Below are positions 10,688-18,969 of a DNA stretch of 18,969 bases, piece by piece. A program made the translations under genes and the position numbers. A model generated the notes under the pieces. The model worked only from the letters and a program-made list of their open reading frames with translations. It did no database searches and had not been told where the DNA came from. Each line of letters opens with the position of its first letter. The first letter of the stretch is position 1. Origin of the DNA: Bugula neritina (lineage: Eukaryota > Animalia > Bryozoa); contig CAXIUT010000265.1 in NCBI GenBank assembly GCA_964035545.1, forward strand, positions 1-18,969, read 5' to 3'.

Positions 10688-12387
10688 TGATACGCATAGC
10701 GACTGAGATAAATGATTTTCATACTCTGGAGTAAATCAATGCTATACGACGGCATCGACTGACATTATTTGAAAGTTACGCTTTATCATTCAGTTTCATA
10801 CGGCTTTTTTAAAGGATCATTACACTAGGATAGAATAGGATATACAGCAGCAACTTGAATTAAAGAATAAATACTCTTAGTTATCGATATTTTACTCTCT
10901 GAATTGAATAAAATATTACCTTCACTGAGGTAAAAGAATTATTACTGGCTATGCTAGATATTTTGATACTCTTTATATTAAAAAACTTATACTTCTGAAT
11001 TTTATGACTTATACTAAGAGCATCAGCTATTTTTAAAAACTTTATACGGTTGCCTGTATTTTATTAACTTTGTACTCTTCATTAATAAAGAAAATACGTC
11101 GGCATCTAGGTTTAATAATTAAATACTCTTTAGTAAAAGGAATAATACGACTATTTTAATAAACAAATACGCTTCAATAGGATAGATGATACGGCTTCGA
11201 TCTTGATTAGATAAGAAATACGTCTTGATTAAGAATGTAGATACCAGCGTCCACTATAATAGAAAAGTCAGTACACTGAATAACTTAATAAATACAGCAC
11301 CAGCTATTACTAGACAATTTGATACCATTTCCAACTGAAAATTAAAAAGAAAATACTCTATAATAGATAAAGAAATACGTCCTCTGAAGTTAATAAGAAT
11401 ATACTGACTGAATGAAATTATTTTTACGCTTAATTATCTAAGATATACAGCTGAATAGTGAAATATTTTACTTTCTGAGATAAAATGTTTAATACTCTGG
11501 AATAAAAATAGTTGTACTCTCACTAATATTAGATATTTATTACTCTAGAATAATAAAAGCTTTACAACTACAATTATCTTATTAATACGCTTAAATTAAT
11601 AAAAATAAACGTTTTCAGTCTTAATAATCTTGTTCATACCTTTTCTGAAAGTAACAAAGTTCATACTCTTATATTAAAAGAAATAATACGACATCAGCTG
11701 TGATTAAATAACTTATACCAGCATCGGCTATAGTAAATATATTTATACACTAAATTGACTCAAATATACATCGTCTTCATAAAAAGATTAATACTCTAAA
11801 ATTATACATATTTTACGGCGAGATCTGCCTGAAAATTATTTTCAAAGTACGACTAATATTAAATCAAATCATACTCTTCATTAGTGGAATCATTACATCA
11901 CCTAAAATAAACTAAAATGTACTGTCTAAAATGAAAAATGTCATACCCTGCATTCAAATTAAATGTACAACTAGAGTTAGCTTATTTTATACACTTTGTA
12001 AATTAATAAAATACGGCAGCTTAAATAAAAAAGTCGATACCCTTAAGTAAAGGAATATTTACTTCTGACATTATGGGAAACTGTACCCTGAGATGAGAGA
12101 AATAATACATCTAAGGATGGGCTATGATATACCCTATGATAAAAAATGAGGTACAGCCTGAGTAGATAAAGATAGTACGGCTTCCTGGAATAGAAAAAAA
12201 ACTACTCCCTGGAGTAAAAGAAAGTATACGTCTGTTTAAATAAAGAAATTACTGTGAGCTTCTAAGTTTTAGATAAAAGATACTCTGAATAAAATCGATA
12301 TTACAAGGCTTTTTGAGAGAGATAATACCTCAATCCCATGGCGAGGGCGATAAGGACCAAAAGGGCGATAAGTTTGATGGATGACAT
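10614..12387 (-). CDS. Micro-exon gene B: 70 coding exons, 69 introns, secreted 106-aa protein
   Basis: Removing all ~20-22-nt GT..AG introns gives a stop-free 321-nt ORF: MSSIKLIALLVLIALAMGLSLKAHNGEAADEAAFDSDIADLANDSDAADVKKTENLMRKTLKDIGNAGALDADIEALNADSNPDALKTMKRIAASLDAVIAMQQDA*. Mean intron length is (1774-321)/69 = 21.1 nt. Confidence 0.88.
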
Positions 12388-13380
12388 AAGATTCAAAAGG
12401 AGGATAAATATATTCCAAAATAAGTGAAGAAATACTTGCTGAAAGATTATTGTCTGAGGTGTTAATTTCAACTCCTTATTTTTATCAGAGTTTATAAGAG
12501 CTCTTTTTGTGAGTTTCTAACTCTATCATCTTATACGTTAAGCTTAAACAATTGAACCAAAGAACTACACAGGCCAATAGCTTTCTTTTCATAAATGACT
12601 TGCATTTTATAAAGAACTTAACCATTATTGAGAAGAAAAAATCAATTAGAACCTTAAGAAAGACGGATAGACCTTCTCGAAGAGACTTATCTACTTTAGA
12701 CACCAAAACAAGCCTTCTGGTATTCAGATATTTGAAGATAAGTCTTTTGACTAAATGCTAAGTCACCGGAATATTTAGAAAAAACTTTTATTTTAACAAA
12801 AAGTAGTATTTTTTCTTTTAATATTCTTACTTTCTGTGTCTTTTAAAGACAGAAAAAAATTGTTAAATGATTTTTTCCCATTTTTTATTTGAAAACATCT
12901 ATTAAAGAATCTCTATTAAGAAAAAGAAAAAAATCATGAACGCGGTTAAGAATATTTCGATTTAAGGATACAAGAAAATTAGTATTATAGCTTTATTTAA
13001 AGATTATGAAGAGCTTAAAGTACTACTAGGTATTTTTTTTTTGTTTCAAAGATTCCAAAGATGACAAATAAATCGTAAAATAAAGTAAATTACTCTAATT
13101 ATTCTCTTTTAAGGATTACTTTAATGTTAAAATACTCTAAAAATGATTATTTATATATTTTTGTTTTAACATTTTTCTTTAAACTTCTCTTTTAAAGGCA
13201 CTTAAAACGAACTATGATTACGGTTCACTATATTCTAGCTTTAAAATACCTGTTAAACATAATTATTCAAAAATAAACAAGATTTTAATAGGCTAATGTC
13301 CTACTAGGTCAAGTTTTAGATATTCTAAAGTAACAAAAGTCATAAATCATAAAATAAAATGATAAAAATAGGGTTTTTTT
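12016..13380. repeat. Inner inverted repeat, left arm (1365 bp)
   Basis: Reverse complement of 13478-14842 (coordinate sum 26858, confirmed by the mirrored ORFs in the track). Spacer is 97 bp. Confidence 0.95.
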
Positions 13381-13477
13381 TGATCGAAATAAGAAGAGAA
13401 TTTCTTAATAGATGGTAATAGTTCAAAAATAAAAAGGAATACTTGATATTTATGGCATTTTAAATCCTTTTTACTTG

Positions 13478-14842
13478 AAAAAAACCCTATTTTTATCATT
13501 TTATTTTATGATTTATGACTTTTGTTACTTTAGAATATCTAAAACTTGACCTAGTAGGACATTAGCCTATTAAAATCTTGTTTATTTTTGAATAATTATG
13601 TTTAACAGGTATTTTAAAGCTAGAATATAGTGAACCGTAATCATAGTTCGTTTTAAGTGCCTTTAAAAGAGAAGTTTAAAGAAAAATGTTAAAACAAAAA
13701 TATATAAATAATCATTTTTAGAGTATTTTAACATTAAAGTAATCCTTAAAAGAGAATAATTAGAGTAATTTACTTTATTTTACGATTTATTTGTCATCTT
13801 TGGAATCTTTGAAACAAAAAAAAAATACCTAGTAGTACTTTAAGCTCTTCATAATCTTTAAATAAAGCTATAATACTAATTTTCTTGTATCCTTAAATCG
13901 AAATATTCTTAACCGCGTTCATGATTTTTTTCTTTTTCTTAATAGAGATTCTTTAATAGATGTTTTCAAATAAAAAATGGGAAAAAATCATTTAACAATT
14001 TTTTTCTGTCTTTAAAAGACACAGAAAGTAAGAATATTAAAAGAAAAAATACTACTTTTTGTTAAAATAAAAGTTTTTTCTAAATATTCCGGTGACTTAG
14101 CATTTAGTCAAAAGACTTATCTTCAAATATCTGAATACCAGAAGGCTTGTTTTGGTGTCTAAAGTAGATAAGTCTCTTCGAGAAGGTCTATCCGTCTTTC
14201 TTAAGGTTCTAATTGATTTTTTCTTCTCAATAATGGTTAAGTTCTTTATAAAATGCAAGTCATTTATGAAAAGAAAGCTATTGGCCTGTGTAGTTCTTTG
14301 GTTCAATTGTTTAAGCTTAACGTATAAGATGATAGAGTTAGAAACTCACAAAAAGAGCTCTTATAAACTCTGATAAAAATAAGGAGTTGAAATTAACACC
14401 TCAGACAATAATCTTTCAGCAAGTATTTCTTCACTTATTTTGGAATATATTTATCCTCCTTTTGAATCTTATGTCATCCATCAAACTTATCGCCCTTTTG
14501 GTCCTTATCGCCCTCGCCATGGGATTGAGGTATTATCTCTCTCAAAAAGCCTTGTAATATCGATTTTATTCAGAGTATCTTTTATCTAAAACTTAGAAGC
14601 TCACAGTAATTTCTTTATTTAAACAGACGTATACTTTCTTTTACTCCAGGGAGTAGTTTTTTTTCTATTCCAGGAAGCCGTACTATCTTTATCTACTCAG
14701 GCTGTACCTCATTTTTTATCATAGGGTATATCATAGCCCATCCTTAGATGTATTATTTCTCTCATCTCAGGGTACAGTTTCCCATAATGTCAGAAGTAAA
14801 TATTCCTTTACTTAAGGGTATCGACTTTTTTATTTAAGCTGC
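13478..14842. repeat. Inner inverted repeat, right arm (1365 bp)
   Basis: Mirror of 12016-13380. Contains ~990 bp of upstream DNA plus exons 1-13 of the micro-exon gene. Confidence 0.95.
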
Positions 14843-16099
14843 TGGTATATATCAAATAATTTTAGCCAGTATGAATTTAATAACCAAGATGTATGATATT
14901 TTTGATATTTAAGGGTATAAAATATGTTACTTTAGCCGGTATAATTTTTTATATTTTAGCCGGAGCCGTATGATTAGAATAATTGAAGGCAGCTCTCGGT
15001 ATGAGATCCTATAAAGCTAGCTGATGACGTATGATAGATGAGAAATTAGAGTATTGAAGGTTTGACTTAGATGCTGGTATTAATTAGATAAGAATAGATG
15101 GTATTATAAAAGTTATTTAGCCTAAGTATTAGTTATTTGAATATAGTGTACTAAAATAGTAATTGAAGTCGTTCTTTATTGACTAATTTCAGAGTTAAAA
15201 TAAACTTATTCAGAAGTATTTTATTTTCTACTAAGGGTTTTTTGTATTTTACTTAGTCGTAAATATCAAGTCTATTAAGTGTAAAACTATTGAAATTTTA
15301 GTTGACGAAACTGTTGATGCCGTAAAATTGTTAATTATTAAGAGTACTTAGTCAATAAAGATAGTCGTATTTATTAATTTAAACAAAGAGTATTCTATAT
15401 TTTATTTAGTTGCTGGCGTATTCTTTTAACAACAAAGGGTATATTATTATTTAGTTTTAGATTCTGACAAAGTATTTTTACTTCTAAGTGAGGCCGTATT
15501 TATATATCAAAAAAGAATGTATGATTAATTTTATTTAGGGTATATCTATTTTTGAGGAAGAAGTACTTATAAAATAACATCAGCTCGTCACAGTATATTT
15601 CAAAATAAGTCTAGGCTGTAACTTTATATTTATTTTAGAATGTGGACAGTATTGATTGATTTATCATAGCTGTCAGTATAAATTTATTGATTGAAGAGCG
15701 TATTAAATCAATCACAAAGCTGAAGTATTCATATTTCTATTAAGTTCCGTATTTGTTTTATCATATCAGTCCGTATTAAACCAATTATCTCAGAAAGTAT
15801 TCCCCTATTTACAGCAGAAAGTATAAATCATCTAAATGTAGTGAAAGTTTCATTTTGTTAATCAAGAGTATACTATCTTTAACCCAGAATGTATTAGTCT
15901 ATCTAATATAGTCGTCGTATATCATCTTTTAATTCAAGGGTATTGTCTTTGTCATTCAGCTGACCGTATTAAATCAATAACCCAGTCATCAGTATCAATC
16001 TTAGTCATCTTTAGAGGCTAGTAATTCTCATATAACCTTAGAAGTATACTATGAAATAACCTTAGCGTACGAACTAAGTCATCTTTAGAAGACGCATGA
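14471..16099 (+). CDS. Micro-exon gene A: 64 coding exons, 63 introns, secreted 102-aa protein
   Basis: Removing all ~20-23-nt GT..AG introns gives a 309-nt ORF: MSSIKLIALLVLIALAMGLSLKAHNGEAADEAAANAAGAAALADDNADA[TAA=E]FKVFDETVDAIIAGDSDKANELVTANVDTVKPEFLQKMKKFVADLIKAKQDA*. Mean intron length is (1629-309)/63 = 21.0 nt. Confidence 0.88.
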
Positions 16100-16216
16100 G
16101 TACTCAATCAACGATTCAGTCGTATTGAATATTCAACTTAGAACCTTCTGATCTTCTCACAATCCTAACCATCATCTAATTTCTTTGATTTTGTATCCTA
16201 TTATTTTTATATTTAT
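16026..16216. repeat. Outer inverted repeat, right arm
   Basis: Near-identical reverse complement of 10495-10687. Covers the last exons, the stop codon and the 3' UTR. Confidence 0.9.
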
Positions 16217-16303
16217 ATTAATTATCAATATCAATGATCAAATCTCTTAAAATAATAACAAAAAGATATGATTTAAAAAGAAATAAATAAGTAGAAAGTA
16301 AAA

Positions 16304-17593
16304 TCAATAGTATTTTTATTTTTTTTACATGAATGATTTGTCAGTAATAGTCCGATAGCTTGAAAATTTCCATCCTAGAAGCAAAGCGAGCCAGGCATAA
16401 AGAATCAATCTAACTACTTATACACTTAATAGTAGTAATTAATGACGACTTTCAGCTTAAACAAACTCGATCAGCATGATAAAAATTTGTACAAAAGCTA
16501 GATATAGAGTTCCAACAGAAGCTAAGTTATAAAAATACTTCCTAAGTTTAGTTTATTCTGGTTTTAAATGAACAATCGATCGAATTATTCCTATGATAAA
16601 CCATCCGAAAGCACACATTCGAAAGAAAAGCATTATATATGCTGGAATACCATCGAACATGTGGTATTTATCATAGGAACTATCAGTTAGCTTATTAAGT
16701 ACAGTGATGATAATGTATAGTATTACGAACATGGTAGCTACAGCAATAGACACTTCATAGTCTTCGTGGCGTTTGAAAGTAGTGGTCCAACCGAAAGACA
16801 TCACAACTAAGAGAACTATGGTAATTGAGTCTGAAAGTGAGTGTAGAAGAAGGTACATAACATCAAAAAAGTTATAGATTCTTCCATTGGTGAAGGCATA
16901 GATGATGTGTCCGCAATACATGAATGCTAATGAGAGTGTTCCAGTCCAGATACTTATTTTTAGCAGATATTTGGTCCAATTTTATTCCTCTTCTGGTTGT
17001 TTTTTTAACAGATAGAGTACTATGAGGTGTAGGATGAGAATGAGAGGTATGATCCAATCGTAGTAATGTTAGTTACCTGTGGAATGTTGGTTGTTGTTGA
17101 TGACATCGAGTTCTATTTCTATTTTGTTTTGTTTTCCGAATCCTGATCTGAGTAGAGATGATGAGCAATCTTTGAAGATGAAGTAGTAGGTTTATTTTTA
17201 TGTGATAGTGAAACTTGATTCTGTTACTGTTTGAAAGTTAGTATTTTTGTGAAGAGTGAAAGGTAATCTTAACTATTTTACTGTTTTTTATGCCTAAATT
17301 TATGGAGGATAAGTTTCTGAGTTGCATTTGTTTTAGAGTTAATATGACCAGAGATGACTTGGTACTGCTATGATTTCAAGGGAGTAGTACTATGCTTGTG
17401 ATGATTTGAGTAGGAGATTGATATAGAGGGAGAGATCTAGCTTTTATGGATGAAGAGTTGAACGACCGATGTAGTGCCATCCTTTATTATTTTTTAGTTT
17501 TGGGCTAGTGAGAGTGCTTTAGAAGATTTTAGAAGTGCTTAAAACTAGAAGATGCAAAAAGATTAATACTACTGAAAGATTTATGAGGTGCAT
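16304..17593 (-). CDS. GPR180/TMEM145-like (intimal-thickness receptor family) multi-pass membrane protein, 429 aa
   Basis: ATG 17593 is in frame with track ORF 16553-16921 and runs to TGA 16306-16304. It has a signal peptide, a lumenal domain (YYFIFKDC) and a multi-TM region with LLVVMSFGWT and YHMFDGIPAY motifs recalled for this family. Confidence 0.75.
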
Positions 17594-17662
17594 GATTGAT
17601 TCTATATTATAAATATCAATATTAAATTGAAGTATTAGAGAAACAACTATTTTAATTAATGT

Positions 17663-18878
17663 GATAATGATGATATAAAGTATTGATTGATTGAAGATAG
17701 ATAGTTGGTATATCTCTTAATAACTATATTATTTCTTGATACAACTGACAATACTGAATGATAATGATGATAAAAGTATTGATTGATTGAAGATAGATAG
17801 TTGGTATATCTCTTAATAACTATATTATTTCTTGATACAACTGACAATACTGAATGATAATGATGATAAAAGTATTGATTGATTGAAGATAGATAGTTGG
17901 TATATCTCTTAATAACTATATTATTTCTTGATACAACTGACAATACTGAATGATAATGATGATAAAAGTATTGATTGATTGAAGATAGATAGTTGGTATA
18001 TCTCTTAATAACTATATTATTTCTTGATACAACTGACAATACTGAATGATAATGATGATAAAAGTATTGATTGATTGAAGATAGATAGTTGGTATATCTC
18101 TTAATAACTATATTATTTCTTGATACAACTGACAATACTGAATGATAATGATGATAAAAGTATTGATTGATTGAAGATAGATAGTTGGTATATCTCTTAA
18201 TAACTATATTATTTCTTGATACAACTGACAATACTGAATGATAATGATGATAAAAGTATTGATTGATTGAAGATAGATAGTTGGTATATCTCTTAATAAC
18301 TATATTATTTCTTGATACAACTGACAATACTGAATGATAATGATGATAAAAGTATTGATTGATTGAAGATAGATAGTTGGTATATCTCTTAATAACTATA
18401 TTATTTCTTGATACAACTGACAATACTGAATGATAATGATGATAAAAGTATTGATTGATTGAAGATAGATAGTTGGTATATCTCTTAATAACTATATTAT
18501 TTCTTGATACAACTGACAATACTGAATGATAATGATGATAAAAGTATTGATTGATTGAAGATAGATAGTTGGTATATCTCTTAATAACTATATTATTTCT
18601 TGATACAACTGACAATACTGAATGATAATGATGATAAAAGTATTGATTGATTGAAGATAGATAGTTGGTATATCTCTTAATAACTATATTATTTCTTGAT
18701 ACAACTGACAATACTGAATGATAATGATGATAAAAGTATTGATTGATTGAAGATAGATAGTTGGTATATCTCTTAATAACTATATTATTTCTTGATACAA
18801 CTGACAATACTGAATGATAATGATGATAAAAGTATTGATTGATTGAAGATAGATAGTTGGTATATCTCTTAATAACTA
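17663..18878 (+). repeat. Subtelomeric 96-bp tandem array, ~12.7 near-identical copies
   Basis: Period is 96 (sequence lines 17701, 18181 and 18661 are identical). The array runs directly into the telomere. Confidence 0.97.
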
Positions 18879-18969
18879 GGGGTTGGGGTTGGGGTTGGGG
18901 TTGGGGTTGGGGTTGGGGTTGGGGTTGGGGTTGGGGTTGGGGTTGGGGTTGGGTGGGGTTGGGGTTGGG
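18879..18969 (+). repeat. Right telomere (GGGGTT)n
   Basis: G4T2 repeats to the end of the window. Confidence 0.98.

Noticed and set aside
12485-14373. Mirrored short ORFs (69 and 73 aa) in the palindrome arms; transposon with terminal inverted repeats
   Set aside because: The ORFs have no recognisable domains and no ATG starts. No transposase or target-site duplication is seen, and they are duplicated only because of the inverted repeat.
10690-16025. CRISPR-like or small-RNA array interpretation of the ~25-nt periodic TAC/GTA pattern
   Set aside because: There is no conserved direct repeat and no cas gene, and the context is eukaryotic. The periodicity is fully explained by GT-AG introns whose removal yields ORFs.
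10614-16099. Interrupting segments as germline IESs or a scrambled gene
   Set aside because: The segments are strand-specific GT..AG with no TA or pointer direct repeats. They sit on a telomere-capped molecule among uninterrupted genes and match the 22-nt intron of the mucin gene.
17656-18807. 383-aa repetitive ORF on the minus strand
   Set aside because: It is a by-product of a stop-free 96-bp (3n) tandem repeat with no nucleotide divergence between units. It has no ATG start and originates next to the telomere.

Overview
This is ciliate macronuclear DNA with (CCCCAA)n/(GGGGTT)n telomeres. Conserved positions in Prp40, eIF3b and a GPR180-like protein show that TAA/TAG are sense codons, most likely Glu (peritrich-type code, TGA the only stop), so the supplied ORF track is fragmented. 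Bases 1-8695 form a complete telomere-capped mini-chromosome: two hypothetical genes, a Thr-rich mucin-like membrane protein, eIF3b and a cathepsin L-like protease. It is joined through an internal telomere tract to a second molecule that begins mid-gene in PRP40 and ends in a 96-bp tandem array plus telomere. The main discovery is at 10.5-16.2 kb: two head-to-head genes, invisible to the ORF track, with 69 and 63 tiny (~21 nt) GT-AG introns in their CDS. Their internal exons are 1-20 nt and many are a single nucleotide. Manual splicing gives clean ORFs for two small signal-peptide-bearing, acidic, Cys-free proteins (106 and 102 aa). These share upstream DNA and N-terminus (1365-bp inverted repeat) and near-identical 3' ends, but have highly divergent central cassettes.
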